From an uncultured Gammaproteobacteria bacterium (lineage in GTDB: Bacteria > Patescibacteriota > Patescibacteriia > UBA9934): 64,000 bases of DNA. The notes under the pieces were generated by a model. It saw only the letters and a list, made by a program, of their open reading frames with translations, was not told the origin of the DNA and ran no database searches. This document shows positions 9,817-21,788 of this stretch, one piece after another (within the stretch, counting starts at the first letter, position 1; each line of letters opens with the position of its first letter). The position numbers and the translations under genes are program-made. The stretch covers positions 24,923 through 88,922 of the forward strand of contig CAYJQH010000003.1 in NCBI GenBank assembly GCA_964372415.1. Direction: 5' to 3'.

Positions 9817-10278
9817 TTGTTGCTTTTTTTTACTATTCGTGTAATCTTATCGGTCAACGTTCCTTCCTTCTTCGGAGAAGAAATGCGCTCGAACCTTTGC
9901 GCGATCGTCGCCTGCCTTCTCGTCGGCGTCAGATTCCCGCAGTCGGCCATGGCCGAAGACGAGTCTAAGCCAACCGCAACAAGCGTCGGCAAAGCCTTCG
10001 TCTACGCAAGTGGCGCTAGTCTACTCGGCACGCTTACCATGTATGCGCTTGCCGAAAACCATCTCGATGATCTACAGCAAGGGCGGTACAACAGTCGCGC
10101 CGAGTACGACCGGCTGAGTTCCGCCTACGCCAAGGAACGAGTCGCTGCCTATACGCTCCTTGGCACAACTCTCGCCTGCTTCGTGGTCGGTGATACTCTC
10201 ATCATCATCGATAACTTGGAACTCACCATGAGTCCAGGTAACACGACTCCTCTCCTCGGTCTTCGTGGAAACTTCTAA
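9817..10278 (+). CDS. Hypothetical secreted/membrane protein
   Basis: Internal Met (MRSNLCAIVACLLVG, about 9883) gives a signal-peptide-like N-terminus. No motif recognised. Confidence 0.35.
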   Translation: MLLFFTIRVILSVNVPSFFGEEMRSNLCAIVACLLVGVRFPQSAMAEDESKPTATSVGKAFVYASGASLLGTLTMYALAENHLDDLQQGRYNSRAEYDRLSSAYAKERVAAYTLLGTTLACFVVGDTLIIIDNLELTMSPGNTTPLLGLRGNF

Positions 10279-10284
10279 GGCCGA

Positions 10285-10320
10285 AAAAGCCCCCGACGAT
10301 TAGCCGGGGGCCTTATTATT
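10285..10320. terminator. Bidirectional intrinsic terminator between convergent genes
   Basis: aaaaaGCCCCCGacgattagCCGGGGGCcttattattt: GC stem with A-run on one side and T-run on the other. Confidence 0.65.
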
Positions 10321-12665
10321 TATGGAGTAGTTATTTCACCTACCGTCTCTTCAGGAATCTCTTCAACTGGCTCCGGGAGTTCGATTCCTCCTTGAGCTCC
10401 TGCCGTGAGACGCTCCAAGCGTTGTTTGACGGCTGTATTTTCCGGGTTTAGTTCAAGTACTTTTTGCACTTCTGAAATGGCTGCTTCTATTTCACCTTCT
10501 TCCTCGTAAATAACCGACAGATACCAATGGGCGTTTGAGAAGTTAGGTGCAATTTCAACCAGTCGCTCAAGTTCCGCCTTAGCTAAATCGTTCTTTCCTT
10601 GACGCAAGTACAAGAGCGCCAACTGGATACCAACCCCAAGATCGTTAGGCGCCGCATCACGAACCGCCGTCATGTCACGAACTGCTTCGGCGAGCTTACC
10701 TTGGCGCTCCTCAACGAATGAGTAGTAATAACGAGCAAGTACGTAATCACTCTTTAAACGAATTGCCTCCTGAAGCGCTGCTTCTGCTTTGGCCAGGGCC
10801 TCAGTTTGTAATCTACTGGCCTCTGCTGCAGCGGCCTCATCCTCAGCCTTTGTTTGTGGCGCTAGACTATCGGCCGTCACTATATAAGCACGAGCTAATT
10901 CAACTCTGAGACGTGGGTTAACTGGCCACAGGGCAATAGCTTGCTCATATGAAGCCACCGAAGCTTGGCTCGCATCTGAGGCAAGCGGTATCAATTCTCT
11001 AAATACTGTGCCACTCACTTCCCAGTTCCGAACATCGTTTGGCGAAATGGTCTTAGCGGCATTAGCTACGGCTACAGCATTACCAAGCAGTGACTGTAGA
11101 CGAGCACTGTCTGGCTCATCTTTTTGAGCTTCAACTGCGGCTTCCAAAAGAAGCGCAGCCGCGAGATTGCGGTAATAAACATCATCCTTAGGCGAAAGCG
11201 TAGCCGCCTTATTAAGTAACTCAATTGAAGCCAACGTTCCTCCGTCTTGAGTCTGCATGGCCTTGGCGTAAGCGACATTGGCCAAATATTTATTAGTCAC
11301 AACGTAGCCCACTACCGCGCTAGCTGTGATTGCGAGAACAAAGGCGGCATAGGTAGCTAGTTTAGCCCGCGGTGATTGACCAAGCGCTAAAATTTTAGCG
11401 GGCGGCAATAACTCAGCTAAAAGAATTCCTGTTAGGAGCCAAAACCAGACAACAAGAGTCATGTTAGTGGGATACACGACCGAAGCCACAACAAGCACTA
11501 ACCAAGCAATGAAAGGTGGCACGAGCGTTGCCGCAACGTTACTTGAGCGAGCCATAATCAAGCGGCGAATAGCCCCCACGAATATGACTCCAAGAAGCGC
11601 TGCAAAGGCAAGCACACCAACCAGGCCGTGAGTGGTTAATGAGGTCAGCGCCTGCCCTGCCCCACGATCAAAAATAACATCCCAAAGCGGCGATTTATTT
11701 ACGTTTTCACTAACGAACTTGCTGTACCCTAGGCCAAATGTTCCAGGACCGCTGCCCAAAAGAAAATTTCCATCCTTCCAGGTGCCCTTAGCAATCTCAA
11801 TCGTGGTCGCTTTGCCAGGTGCTGCTTCACGAGCAAAGCTCACACCCTGAAAGGGGCTTTGAAAAAGAAGAAAAGCTGCTGACAAGAAAAAAAGTGCAAC
11901 AAGGGGTACCAGTCTGCCTGGCGAAGCGTAATATTCGGCATAATAGAAAGCCAGAATACTGAGCGCAATACTAACTATTAGTCCGAGCCACCAGATCATC
12001 CGAGCATCAAGAACAACGAGGAGTAGACCGCCAACGATGAACAGACCAATCATTAAGGCAATTTGTAAGATTCGCCCTCGACTGCTTTCTGATTCTTCCC
12101 GCACGAGCCACCAGGCGCTAGCCCAAGAGAGGGCAGTCAGCAGAAAATAACCCAAACCAATCGGGGCGCCGACAGTGTTGGCAAAAATTCCGATGTTAAT
12201 TTTAAGAATTGGCAACAAAGCCAAGAGGGCCACCAGAAAGGCGCTGCCGAGCAAGGCCCAACCTAGACGTTTGCTCTCCTCCGCGCCGCGCAAGAGAAGC
12301 GGCATGACTAGGGCTAAAAGACCAAGTAAAGCGGTGGTCAAAAAACTGACATCTTCTTCGGTTTGACCCCCGAGCCAACTGATGTGGCTCTCTTGAGACA
12401 ACAATGACCCGAGCCCAACCACCCCTACCCAGACGAGTACCGCGATCATCGCGTAGCCGAATCGCGCCTCAATACGACGTTCAACTAAACTAGCCGCAAG
12501 CCAAGTAAGAACTACCACAGCCGTAGCCAAGAACAACCACAATTGTTTATTTATCTCAAGTGGTTCCCCGGTCCAAGGAAAGGCCACAAGTGGCAAGGTA
12601 ACTGCAAAGAAAATGAGCGCTCCCCGTGAGATATTGCGCAACGTTCCGTCTAAATTTTTTGACAT
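10320..12665 (-). CDS. Polytopic membrane protein with O-antigen-ligase/Wzy-like core and C-terminal TPR repeats
   Basis: About 12 predicted TM helices in the first 450 aa, a large periplasmic loop, then about 300 aa of TPR-like helical repeats (AELERLVEIAPNFSNAHWYLSVIYEEEGEIEAAI...). Confidence 0.55.
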   Translation of the reverse strand: MSKNLDGTLRNISRGALIFFAVTLPLVAFPWTGEPLEINKQLWLFLATAVVVLTWLAASLVERRIEARFGYAMIAVLVWVGVVGLGSLLSQESHISWLGGQTEEDVSFLTTALLGLLALVMPLLLRGAEESKRLGWALLGSAFLVALLALLPILKINIGIFANTVGAPIGLGYFLLTALSWASAWWLVREESESSRGRILQIALMIGLFIVGGLLLVVLDARMIWWLGLIVSIALSILAFYYAEYYASPGRLVPLVALFFLSAAFLLFQSPFQGVSFAREAAPGKATTIEIAKGTWKDGNFLLGSGPGTFGLGYSKFVSENVNKSPLWDVIFDRGAGQALTSLTTHGLVGVLAFAALLGVIFVGAIRRLIMARSSNVAATLVPPFIAWLVLVVASVVYPTNMTLVVWFWLLTGILLAELLPPAKILALGQSPRAKLATYAAFVLAITASAVVGYVVTNKYLANVAYAKAMQTQDGGTLASIELLNKAATLSPKDDVYYRNLAAALLLEAAVEAQKDEPDSARLQSLLGNAVAVANAAKTISPNDVRNWEVSGTVFRELIPLASDASQASVASYEQAIALWPVNPRLRVELARAYIVTADSLAPQTKAEDEAAAAEASRLQTEALAKAEAALQEAIRLKSDYVLARYYYSFVEERQGKLAEAVRDMTAVRDAAPNDLGVGIQLALLYLRQGKNDLAKAELERLVEIAPNFSNAHWYLSVIYEEEGEIEAAISEVQKVLELNPENTAVKQRLERLTAGAQGGIELPEPVEEIPEETVGEITTP

Positions 12666-12674
12666 AGAATGTCC

Positions 12675-15600
12675 TTATAGTGCCACAGCTGTATTTGTCT
12701 CGCTAGATTCACTCTGGATAGAATTCGTAAGTGCTTCTCCCGTCTCTAGAGGAGCTGTTAATTCGGGATCCGGAGTTGTCACGTTGGGCTCACTAGTTGC
12801 CGATTGAGATTCGGAAGTTACTAACTCTGGTTCATTTGTTGTTAATTCGGTTTCGTTCTGTACTGTCTCAGAATCTGTGGGTATTACCTCGGTTACAAGT
12901 ACGTCTTGTGCCTCTTGGACCTCTGTGGGCTCTTGAGCGAGCGGCTCGAAGTCTTTGTGGTAGGCAATAACAAGCCAGTCTACAAGAACCCCGCTCGCCC
13001 CACCTTCAGCATGAATAGTAAAGCCACCGTTTGAGCGATCGGTTACGTAAATCTGACCGGTAATACCCGAGGGGGTAACAAGGACACGATATGATGACCC
13101 GGGTGAGATGACGTCGTTAAACTTAGGATCAATTTGTTCGAACGATACGTTCACAAGTCCATTAACGAGCGTCGCGGTTCCCGACAGTTGCACCGTAGTC
13201 TCGCGGCTTGCCACAGCATACGTTTCAACCCTTTCATTTTGGAATGAATTGACTATCTGAATCAGACGCCCCTGCGTTTCAAGATCGCCATTTTCGGAAA
13301 TTTTCCAGAGCCCGTTACCGGCCACGATTGATGACACCCCAAGAATACTCCCGCCATTCATGGCAAGTGAGCCCGAGATATTCAGATTTGAAACATTACT
13401 CGATAGGTTAGAGACGATATTTTCGGCCATCGGTGTTTCAGCGATACTGCCATTTCCATCAAAGTAAGACGGACGAATGAAAGCCACAATTTTCCCTTCG
13501 TTTGAGGTCATTTCAGCCATGGCATAACCAAGAATTGGGCCGGGTTCGGTAGCTTTCATAGCATAACCGGGACGAGTTGAGGTGGTGAGTGGGTCACCAA
13601 CCGCAACCGAGCCATTTTCGTTTGTCACAAAGGTCGGCACGCGGCCAGCCAAAGCCACCGGATAATCACCAACTCGATTTTCACCGGCTAAAAATCCAGG
13701 ACGTGTCGAAATCACGCCAGCAATGCGATCGCTATATGGCTCATCGCCGGATTTTTTAACTTGTTCTTGGCCATCGCCAAAAACCACTAATTCGCCCGGT
13801 TTGAGAGTCTCCTTAGAAGGGAACATTTCAGCAAAGTCGTATGAACCCGTTCCCCAACCGGCCGCGTTCGTTCTCATGTAACCGACACCCGTTGGATCGT
13901 AGAAAATATAAGCATTAGTTTGGGTAATTCCATTTCCGGAGGGATAAAATTTGCCGCTTAAAACAAAGTCTCCAGTTTGAGTGATCGCCCCTACCTCAAC
14001 ACCGGCATTGTTGGTCACTGCCAAACGCGAATCGGCTGGTCCGATAACCTTATTTACCAGCCCCATGGTTACCGTTTGCGCCGAACTTCCATCCCAGGCC
14101 GAGCCACGGAACGTCAAAGCATTTGAATCTTGTAGTGGATTTGCGGCAGTCGCCTGAGCCACGGCCGTAAGCGCTACTTCATCCATAAGGAGTGCAACTT
14201 GACCATCGGTACTCAACACCTGTCCGGCATACCACTGGGGCGACACGTGAATCTTAATCAGACCTTGACCGGCAGATATAGACTCCAAGGCAAAACCGAT
14301 GATTGACGACGGACCATTGGCCCGTCCGGCATAACCTGGAACGAATGAGGAAGCCGTCACCGCATCACCAATATTGATTGGCCCATCAGCGGCTGAGGTG
14401 TAGGTAGAAATTTGACCCTGAAGACCAACAATCCGGTAGTTAGGATTATCTTCAAGCGATCCATCAGCGCCAGGAATATTGTTACCCACAAATCCCGGGT
14501 TCGGTGAAACTACACCGACAACGTCCCTATTCCCCGCCTCGCAACGCTTGACCGAATTAGCATTCAAACGATCACGACAAACCACATAAGAATCCTGAAG
14601 CGTTGGATCGTTGCTTCTGAAAAATTCAGCGTAGTCAGCGCCCGCGTTGTAGGTTGCACCGTCACCAAAAATGTCGCCGTCGTTTTCAAAACGGAACTCG
14701 GCATCCGGCGTGCCATCAGCATCCGAAACGATGAGTATGACTTCGTCACCATTTTGAGCCTCGTTGACGTTAATCACTAGAGCCTGCGAGGTAGCTGCCG
14801 TCGTGGCATCGGCTACGACGTCTTGAGTGATAACCAAACTCGATGACGTGGCAGCGGTGCTATCGTTACGAATCGACATCACATTGACATCGAAAGCCGT
14901 ATTATCCTGAAAGACATGAGCTATCGGTTGGTTGGCGGTCGCGCCAAGGTTGGTGTAAACCGTAAGGCCAAAGTCGATGTTCCCAGTGTTATCTATATGC
15001 ACTGCTCCACCAAGGGTTGAACTAACCGTTGACCCGGTATTACCGGAAGGATCAACAAAAATTGAGGAAGCGGTTCCGGAGTTGGCCAAATTAATAACGC
15101 TCACGCTCAAGGTACCGCTTGTGCCGCTATCTGCGAGCGATAACAGCGTGTTTGTGCCATCGGTGACGCTGAGCGTTCCCGTGCCGGCAATTTCGATGGT
15201 TGGCGAGGTATCGGCAAATACCAAATCAGAATCCCAACCAGTGCCGATTTCGATTGCATTCTCATCAGAACCGGTAGCCGTGATGTTGGCAATATTCAAC
15301 GCTCTAAACGTATCACCACCATCCCCTGAAGGCGTGAGCGAAGAGACGTTTATAGCGTTGGCAACTTGGCCAGAAACAGCTGTCCCAACTGCTTCGAGCA
15401 CAATGTCGAGACCGTCAAAACTATTGAAGCTAGCAAACCCGGAGTTGGTGATGGCTAAAAGATCATTGTTGGTTCCCGGTGACGCGGCGGCCACCACCTG
15501 GAGGTTTGAGTTAGAATCAGCATTTACTACAACGTCTCCTGAACCATTAGGAACTAAGAACAACGTTTCGTTTGTTCCAGTTGTAATATCGTTTGAAACA

Positions 15601-18600
15601 CCGCTAAGGGTAAGTGTGCCATCAGTGGTAATTGCATCTAGGCTCGCCGCGCCAGTCGCCCCGATAGACCAATCATTACCCCCGGTAATAGTAATTACCG
15701 TTCCGGCGTTTGAGTTACCAATCGTCAGTGTATCGGCCGTGGTCGAATTGGTGGCAACATTGATAGTGTTGCCCAAATCGGTGGTAACGCCACCAATATC
15801 GAGTGTCGTAGAATTTCCGGACGCATCAAGCAGGTTAAAGGTCGCTGAGGTGGAGGTAAAATCACCACCATTTAATGCCAAGTCACCGGTTGTCGTAACA
15901 TCGCCACTTGAGCCAACCACGTCAAAGTTTGTGAAATCAATGTTTGCTGTAGTACCAAGAAAAATGTTGTCACCGATATTGAGCGCATTAGTAAGCTCAG
16001 CATCAGAAACATCGATACCGTCAGTGATGCCACCAGCAGATGCCTGAACAATAATACCGTCCACCATGAGTTCGTTGGTGTCAGAATTCGTAAACACGGC
16101 CAGCGAATCAGGAACACCGGTACCTCCCCCATCATTCGCATTCTGAATAATCATGATGTTGTTACTTCCGGTATCAGCCGCCGCTGTATCGGTAAAAGCT
16201 ACAACAAACGCATTCAGGCTAACATCTGTCCCGTGCGTAACATCAATATTGAAGTTCTCCGAGGCAGCGCCATCGGTGACAAAGGTGAAATCAACGTCAT
16301 CATTTATGGCAAGCGTACCGAAAGAAGCGGCACCAGCAGCGCTGATCGACCAGTTGGCATCGGCAAGCGACACATTATCTAGGGCGTCTCCGATCGTGAT
16401 TGTATCGGCATCGGCATTTGTACCGAGTGTCAAGGTGTCGCAAGACGCTGAGTTACACAGCGAAACGCTCGTGGCGTTGGTGTCGCCAAGGGTTAAGGCT
16501 CCTCCAGCGTTTGTATCAAGACCAACACCCGCCGCCACGGTGATGGCACCGGCAGAGGAAACATCAAAATTATCAAAATTAAGTGTACCGGTGGTACCGA
16601 GAATTTCGTTTGCGCCTACAGACAAGGCAGTTCCAATCTCGTCGTCGGAAGCGTTGAAAGCGGTGGTAAGAGACGCCCCAGGATCGATGCCAAAAGTAAT
16701 ACCGTTCGCGACTATTTCGTTAGTATCTGCTGATTCAAGAATGATAAAGCCATCAGGAGTGCCGGTGGCTCCGCCATCATTAGCGTTATGCAGAGCTATA
16801 AAATAATTTGCTCCCGTGTCGGCGGCGGCGGTATCGGTCATGAGCATCGTGAGCGGCGTCATACTGACATCCGTGGCGTGCGTTACGGTAATCGCTAAAT
16901 TTTCTGACTGCGCACCATCGGTTGTAAAATTGAAGTTCACGTTGTCGTTCGCTGTGAGATCGCCACCAAAAGTGGCCAGGCCGGCACCAGTAATCGACCA
17001 ATCATCACCGCCCGTAATGGCCACAGTCGTGGCCGCATTGCTGTTACCGACAGTTAAAACATCTGCCGTAGTTGAGTTCGTGGCGATATTCACTGTGTTG
17101 CCAAGGTCAGTCGTCACGCCGCCGAAATCAAGAGTTGTCGAAGCGCCAGCTGCGTCCTGAAAGTCGAACGTGGCAACTGACGACGTAGCTATGGACCCAT
17201 CGCGGTAGCGTGTTGAAGCACCGCCGGCAGTGAATCCGACATCAGATAAAAACTCACCCGAAGCCGTAATCCGAGCCTTGGTAGTATCGGCTGCCGTGCC
17301 GGAATTGGTGGTTTCATCTGTAATAAGTGTAAAAACGTCATTGTTGGTGTTCCCGTTATCAAAATCGATGAATAAGGCTTGGGCGGTGGCCGTAGCTGAA
17401 CTTGAGAACATTTCAACGATGTTGCCGGTAGCCGCCCCAGAAGCCGTGAACTGGAACATGTTATCCGACCAAGCGCTGCTGCTTCTAATGTTGGCAATTG
17501 AACCGCTCGTCAAAGCATTAGTATCAATATCAAGCAGGTTGCCTGTTGTCAGAGCCGTTGCATCAAGCATGAAAACCTCGCCCGAGGTAGCAGTCGTATT
17601 AGTAAAATCTAGTGTCGCGTCATCTTTAAAAGTAAAGAAAGTAGCACCACCATCTTGAACCACAAAATCTCCAGTCGAAGTCAGGTTCACGACAGTATTA
17701 GCCGAAGAACCGTTAGTAACGGTAAACGTCTCGGCCCCGTCGAGAGCGATTGAGGTTGAGGCATCGAGGTCTAATGCGTCTTCAAACGAGTCGAAATCAA
17801 GACAATCCGTACACACCAAATCGCTCACCGTCGCTACACCGGCTGTAGTAATACTCCAGTCGTCACCACCTGTAATGGCGATAGTCGAGGCAGCATTGGA
17901 GTTACCGATGGTGATAACGTCAGCAGTCGTGACATTCGTCGCGATGTTTATAGTGTTGCCGAGGTCTGTAGTGACGCCGCCAATGTCGAGAGTTGTCGAG
18001 TTAGCCGCTGCGTCAAGAAAATTGAAGGTGGCAGAAGTCGAAGTAAAATCACCGCCGTTCAGTGCCAAATCGCCGGCTGAAGTAATGTTCCCACTCGCTC
18101 CTAGGACATCAAAATTGGTGTAATCAATATTACCTGTGGTACCAGCCAAATCATTCGCGCCAACCGACAGAGCGGTTACTATTTCAGCATCACTTGCGTC
18201 AATCGCCGCGGTCAAAGCGCCGGCTGCTACATCAAATAAAATACCTGTGGCCACTGCCTCATTGGTATCCAAGTGGCGCAACCCCAGGAGCGCGTCGGGT
18301 GTGCCGGTCGCTCCCCCATCGTCCTCGTTGTCGATGTTGAGCAGGATTACCGTTCCCGTATCGGCTGCGGCTGTGTTAGTCGAATTCAAACTTATGACAG
18401 AAATCGAAGAATCTACAGCGTGTGTGTGATCGATGGTTAAATTTTCAGCTCCCACGCCACTTGTTGCCAAAGTAATGTCTAAATCACCACTGAGCGATAA
18501 GTCGTCGTTGGTACCAAGTTGAACAACACCTGAAGAATCAATGGTTAACGTGCCGTCACTTGTAATGTCATCGCCGTTAATTGCCAAGTCACCGGTTGCT

Positions 18601-19304
18601 ACAATATCGCCCTCCTTGTCGACGCGGAAAATTGAGGTGCCACCATCGGCTACACCAAAAATCGTGTCGTTCGCTGCCGAATCAACAGCCGCTGGATTGA
18701 TGTAAAGGGAACCAGCCGAAACACCGGAACCTGACGGGTTACCGGTCACGACCAAGTTACCAGATGAATTGTAAGCCACGATGGCCGCTGCCGTCGCGCC
18801 GTCGTTATCGGCGTCAAGACCATCGAGGGTTTCGGAATTCAAGGCGTATGGCGCGGCGACGATTTGTTTTCGCGGACTTAAAACCTCGCCAGCAACAGTT
18901 ACCTGAAGAAACAAGGCTGCGTTATCGGCAAAAATTGCATCACTGATTGCGGCATAAGGTGTGGCAGCAGCGGTATCACCCAAATTTTCTGAAAACAAAC
19001 CGTCGGTCAAAGTCACGGTCCGTGCGGTCGCCGAAGCACACGTTGCAGATGAGTTCGACCACACACAAGAACCGCCCGACGAGGCCGTGTAGAACTCAAA
19101 GATCATGCTGACCGAAGCGCTTGAAAGCGGTATACCGTTGGCATTCAATAATCGACCTTGATAAGTAATTATGTTGGGCGCTGAGGCGGCCTGAACGATC
19201 GGCGTCACTCCGCTCACAGGACCCAAAGCAAAAATACAAAGCGTCGCCAGCAGAAATCTGGCGACTTTTGTCGCGCTGAATTTAGACTTGAGATGCGTTG
19301 TCAT
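12675..19304 (-). CDS. Giant (~2,200 aa) secreted repetitive surface protein
   Basis: Signal peptide ([28 protein letters not shown]). N-terminal module [16 protein letters not shown]...[13 protein letters not shown] resembles modules of phage-tail-fibre-like bacterial proteins. About 1,400 aa of Thr/Ser/Gly/Asp/Asn-rich beta-repeat units ([23 protein letters not shown]..Tx[14 protein letters not shown] recurs at least 3 times). Duplicated ~150-aa C-terminal domain (...[14 protein letters not shown] / ...[14 protein letters not shown]). Acidic Thr/Glu tail. The longest ORF begins at 19424. The Met before the signal peptide at 19304 is preferred. Confidence 0.7.
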   Translation of the reverse strand: MTTHLKSKFSATKVARFLLATLCIFALGPVSGVTPIVQAASAPNIITYQGRLLNANGIPLSSASVSMIFEFYTASSGGSCVWSNSSATCASATARTVTLTDGLFSENLGDTAAATPYAAISDAIFADNAALFLQVTVAGEVLSPRKQIVAAPYALNSETLDGLDADNDGATAAAIVAYNSSGNLVVTGNPSGSGVSAGSLYINPAAVDSAANDTIFGVADGGTSIFRVDKEGDIVATGDLAINGDDITSDGTLTIDSSGVVQLGTNDDLSLSGDLDITLATSGVGAENLTIDHTHAVDSSISVISLNSTNTAAADTGTVILLNIDNEDDGGATGTPDALLGLRHLDTNEAVATGILFDVAAGALTAAIDASDAEIVTALSVGANDLAGTTGNIDYTNFDVLGASGNITSAGDLALNGGDFTSTSATFNFLDAAANSTTLDIGGVTTDLGNTINIATNVTTADVITIGNSNAASTIAITGGDDWSITTAGVATVSDLVCTDCLDFDSFEDALDLDASTSIALDGAETFTVTNGSSANTVVNLTSTGDFVVQDGGATFFTFKDDATLDFTNTTATSGEVFMLDATALTTGNLLDIDTNALTSGSIANIRSSSAWSDNMFQFTASGAATGNIVEMFSSSATATAQALFIDFDNGNTNNDVFTLITDETTNSGTAADTTKARITASGEFLSDVGFTAGGASTRYRDGSIATSSVATFDFQDAAGASTTLDFGGVTTDLGNTVNIATNSTTADVLTVGNSNAATTVAITGGDDWSITGAGLATFGGDLTANDNVNFNFTTDGAQSENLAITVTHATDVSMTPLTMLMTDTAAADTGANYFIALHNANDGGATGTPDGFIILESADTNEIVANGITFGIDPGASLTTAFNASDDEIGTALSVGANEILGTTGTLNFDNFDVSSAGAITVAAGVGLDTNAGGALTLGDTNATSVSLCNSASCDTLTLGTNADADTITIGDALDNVSLADANWSISAAGAASFGTLAINDDVDFTFVTDGAASENFNIDVTHGTDVSLNAFVVAFTDTAAADTGSNNIMIIQNANDGGGTGVPDSLAVFTNSDTNELMVDGIIVQASAGGITDGIDVSDAELTNALNIGDNIFLGTTANIDFTNFDVVGSSGDVTTTGDLALNGGDFTSTSATFNLLDASGNSTTLDIGGVTTDLGNTINVATNSTTADTLTIGNSNAGTVITITGGNDWSIGATGAASLDAITTDGTLTLSGVSNDITTGTNETLFLVPNGSGDVVVNADSNSNLQVVAAASPGTNNDLLAITNSGFASFNSFDGLDIVLEAVGTAVSGQVANAINVSSLTPSGDGGDTFRALNIANITATGSDENAIEIGTGWDSDLVFADTSPTIEIAGTGTLSVTDGTNTLLSLADSGTSGTLSVSVINLANSGTASSIFVDPSGNTGSTVSSTLGGAVHIDNTGNIDFGLTVYTNLGATANQPIAHVFQDNTAFDVNVMSIRNDSTAATSSSLVITQDVVADATTAATSQALVINVNEAQNGDEVILIVSDADGTPDAEFRFENDGDIFGDGATYNAGADYAEFFRSNDPTLQDSYVVCRDRLNANSVKRCEAGNRDVVGVVSPNPGFVGNNIPGADGSLEDNPNYRIVGLQGQISTYTSAADGPINIGDAVTASSFVPGYAGRANGPSSIIGFALESISAGQGLIKIHVSPQWYAGQVLSTDGQVALLMDEVALTAVAQATAANPLQDSNALTFRGSAWDGSSAQTVTMGLVNKVIGPADSRLAVTNNAGVEVGAITQTGDFVLSGKFYPSGNGITQTNAYIFYDPTGVGYMRTNAAGWGTGSYDFAEMFPSKETLKPGELVVFGDGQEQVKKSGDEPYSDRIAGVISTRPGFLAGENRVGDYPVALAGRVPTFVTNENGSVAVGDPLTTSTRPGYAMKATEPGPILGYAMAEMTSNEGKIVAFIRPSYFDGNGSIAETPMAENIVSNLSSNVSNLNISGSLAMNGGSILGVSSIVAGNGLWKISENGDLETQGRLIQIVNSFQNERVETYAVASRETTVQLSGTATLVNGLVNVSFEQIDPKFNDVISPGSSYRVLVTPSGITGQIYVTDRSNGGFTIHAEGGASGVLVDWLVIAYHKDFEPLAQEPTEVQEAQDVLVTEVIPTDSETVQNETELTTNEPELVTSESQSATSEPNVTTPDPELTAPLETGEALTNSIQSESSETNTAVAL

Positions 19305-21777
19305 GAAGTTCGTCGAGCGTCCGATGAAGACCCACGTTGACGGTGAGTGGTGCCGGCTCTGCTTGAGTGGTAGTGATTGGTTTGATGATCTTTTCCACAA
19401 AACCGGGTTTACTAACACTCGCATAATACTCGTTCGGACCGAGCAAGAACGAATAACGCCCGAGACGATCTGTTAAGGTCGACTCGATAAGCTTATTATA
19501 CCGCGGTTCAAAGAGCCTTATGACGGCGTTGCTCACAGGTTTATGCGTATTTTTATCGTAAACAATTCCCCAGCCTTTTGGCTTCTTCTTGTATACTAGT
19601 TTAAGCACCAGTAACAGCACTATAAATTGAATTCCGAGCATTGCTCCTGCAGCCAGGCTCGGGGCGATGATCAAGACGACTATTGAGATTCCCAGTCCCG
19701 ATAAGCCAAAAACAAGCTGGATTGTTTTTAAAAGTCGTTCGACAGCTAATTTTCGAGGTGCGTGAAATTGGGGCGCGTCAGACGGATCAAGTGGAATATT
19801 GGCTGTAACATTGGTTTTTTGCTCCGATACCTCAATATCTTCACCATGATAAACATCAAGATATTGACCGTCCGTTTTGATTTCGGCCAAATATTTACTG
19901 GGAAAGTTAAAACCTGGCTTTATTACCTCAAGGCGATACCTTCCTGGTTCAGCAAATACATAGAATCGACCTTCAGGGCTAGTAACGGTCGACTTCACAA
20001 GTCGATGTTCCGGCATACGGAACACGCGAATAGTGGCTAGACCTATCGGCACTTTAGTTACCGCGTTGTAAACTCGGCCAAAAGGGCGGCGTCGTTTTTT
20101 ACCGAAAAGTAAAGCTGGCGAAGTAAAAATGTAAAAAATAAAAGGCAGTAAATTTGAAACCGTCGCGAGGAGGGCAAGCGATACCAAGGCGATTGCGGCA
20201 GCCAATGGAAGGCCTATTCTGGCGATTGCCTGGGCAAGGGGGGCGTCAAGAATGTTACGTAGAAAAGGTGGCTCGAAGGGCGTTTCATCTGGTGTGATTA
20301 TAGGCACTAAAAGACGCTCAAGACGAACGTTAATAGTTAGAATGTTGTTTGTCACATTAACCTCAAGAGCAACATCCTCATAACCCGATTTGCTAACTAT
20401 GACTCGATAAGGACCGTTCGGCGTATACCAACCAATTAAACCATCGTCACCTGTTAAAACCGGATTTTCCTGATTAAAAACAAAGGCTTCCCAGGCTACA
20501 CCTGGCCCTTCTGAAAGATCATAAACGGTAACCACAGCTCCGGAAACAGGTACTACTTCGTCGTCAATAATCTCGTAAACAAGGCCAGAATCAGCGATAT
20601 CAATAAACACTGTGGCAGTCGCTTCTGTGTCATCAGCAAAATGCACAATGGTTCCAAGGGCGTCGTCAGAAACTGGGACGGGCACCAAACCCGAAAACAC
20701 GTTCGGCTCTTTAGTCGGTGAGAGTACGTATTGATCGTCACCTAAGACTACAACCACGCTTGTCGCCGCATCTTCAGAGTGAACAATAACTTCAACCTCA
20801 GCATAGGTTCCAGGCAGGACCTCTACCCCACCGTCGGCATCATCAAGGCGAAAGTCGTCAACTGCAATAATATCAATCTCGACCCGCGGTTCATCTATTA
20901 ATTCATTATCCGTTTCCTCATCTTTGGGCCCGTCTGGTGATGGCGTTGGGGTCGTTTCTGGAAGAGGAACTGATGGTGGCTGTGGCTCGGGAGTTGGTTC
21001 GGGTTCAGGAATCGGCTCGGGAGTTGGTTCGGGTGTAGGTTCCGGTTCAGGCTCAGGAATTGGTGTAGGCTCTGGCTCGGGAGTTGGTTCGGGTGTAGGT
21101 TCCGGTTCAGGCTCAGGCTCAGGTTCTGGTTCAGGTGACGGGGGTGTCGGATTCGACCCTCCTCCGCCTCCCCCACCGCCTCCGCCTGATGATGTTACAA
21201 CCACGCTCACCGAGTCACTACCAGCGCTCGTGTAAGGAAGGGGTATTGAGCCATCATTGCCTGAGGTTCCACCAAGCGTCAGGTAGTAAGTGCCGGGAGT
21301 TGAAGGATTCGTAATTCTATTAGCGCCAGAACCCGATGCCGCGGCGTTCGTACCAATTTCAACTGTTACCACACTACCGTTAGCCATCGCTCCCCCGTCC
21401 CCGGCACAAATGGTCAGAGTGAGGGTACCTGATGACATAGCTACCGAGGCCTGTTCAGCCCCAGCACACGTTGCTGCAGTTGTTAAATCAACCCCATCAT
21501 CAGTAATGTCGACATCATCCTCAACAATCGAGCTCGTCGTAAAACTACTTGGAAAAACTAGAGTTATTGTTTCACCCTCCGCCCAGGCGTCGACAAGCGT
21601 AAAGGTAAATTTGTGATTTGCAGTTTGTGACGTAACAAGAGAAGTTGGCTGATCAGAAAGGCTATCAACCGCAAGCGCCATCACCCACACAGGAACAATT
21701 AAAAACATGCTGACTAGCACTAAAAGTGTGGTCAGCGACTGACTAAAACAACGCTGCGCCCTCCGCCCGTCGTTCAC
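19282..21777 (-). CDS. Secreted/polytopic protein with Gly run, Pro-Glu-Thr linker and two CarboxypepD_reg-like beta-sandwich domains flanked by TM segments
   Basis: Signal peptide. G11 run followed by [18 protein letters not shown]... linker. Two TM blocks and two paralogous domains ([20 protein letters not shown]... / [21 protein letters not shown]...). Confidence 0.6.
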   Translation of the reverse strand: MNDGRRAQRCFSQSLTTLLVLVSMFLIVPVWVMALAVDSLSDQPTSLVTSQTANHKFTFTLVDAWAEGETITLVFPSSFTTSSIVEDDVDITDDGVDLTTAATCAGAEQASVAMSSGTLTLTICAGDGGAMANGSVVTVEIGTNAAASGSGANRITNPSTPGTYYLTLGGTSGNDGSIPLPYTSAGSDSVSVVVTSSGGGGGGGGGGSNPTPPSPEPEPEPEPEPEPTPEPTPEPEPTPIPEPEPEPTPEPTPEPIPEPEPTPEPQPPSVPLPETTPTPSPDGPKDEETDNELIDEPRVEIDIIAVDDFRLDDADGGVEVLPGTYAEVEVIVHSEDAATSVVVVLGDDQYVLSPTKEPNVFSGLVPVPVSDDALGTIVHFADDTEATATVFIDIADSGLVYEIIDDEVVPVSGAVVTVYDLSEGPGVAWEAFVFNQENPVLTGDDGLIGWYTPNGPYRVIVSKSGYEDVALEVNVTNNILTINVRLERLLVPIITPDETPFEPPFLRNILDAPLAQAIARIGLPLAAAIALVSLALLATVSNLLPFIFYIFTSPALLFGKKRRRPFGRVYNAVTKVPIGLATIRVFRMPEHRLVKSTVTSPEGRFYVFAEPGRYRLEVIKPGFNFPSKYLAEIKTDGQYLDVYHGEDIEVSEQKTNVTANIPLDPSDAPQFHAPRKLAVERLLKTIQLVFGLSGLGISIVVLIIAPSLAAGAMLGIQFIVLLLVLKLVYKKKPKGWGIVYDKNTHKPVSNAVIRLFEPRYNKLIESTLTDRLGRYSFLLGPNEYYASVSKPGFVEKIIKPITTTQAEPAPLTVNVGLHRTLDELHDNASQV
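20940..21180. repeat. Tandem ~63-nt DNA repeats encoding the Pro-Glu-Pro-Thr linker
   Basis: ggctcgggagttggttcgggtgtaggttccggttcaggctcagg... recurs in tandem at about 21016-21141 with flanking degenerate copies. Confidence 0.6.
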
Positions 21778-21788
21778 AATTGCTTACA

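Noticed and set aside
14977-18429. Long plus-strand ORFs (356, 217, 114, 142, 97 aa) inside the giant gene region
   Set aside because: They are antisense to the 2,200-aa minus-strand ORF and are low-complexity Ala/Ser/Val/Pro translations of its repeats. They are artefacts of a long, repeat-rich, stop-poor sequence.
20898-21235. ORFs in both orientations over the Gly/Pro-Glu repeat (for example 20924-21235 plus, GSG-rich)
   Set aside because: Alternative-frame readings of the tandem 63-nt repeat. The minus-strand frame is continuous with the 831-aa protein.
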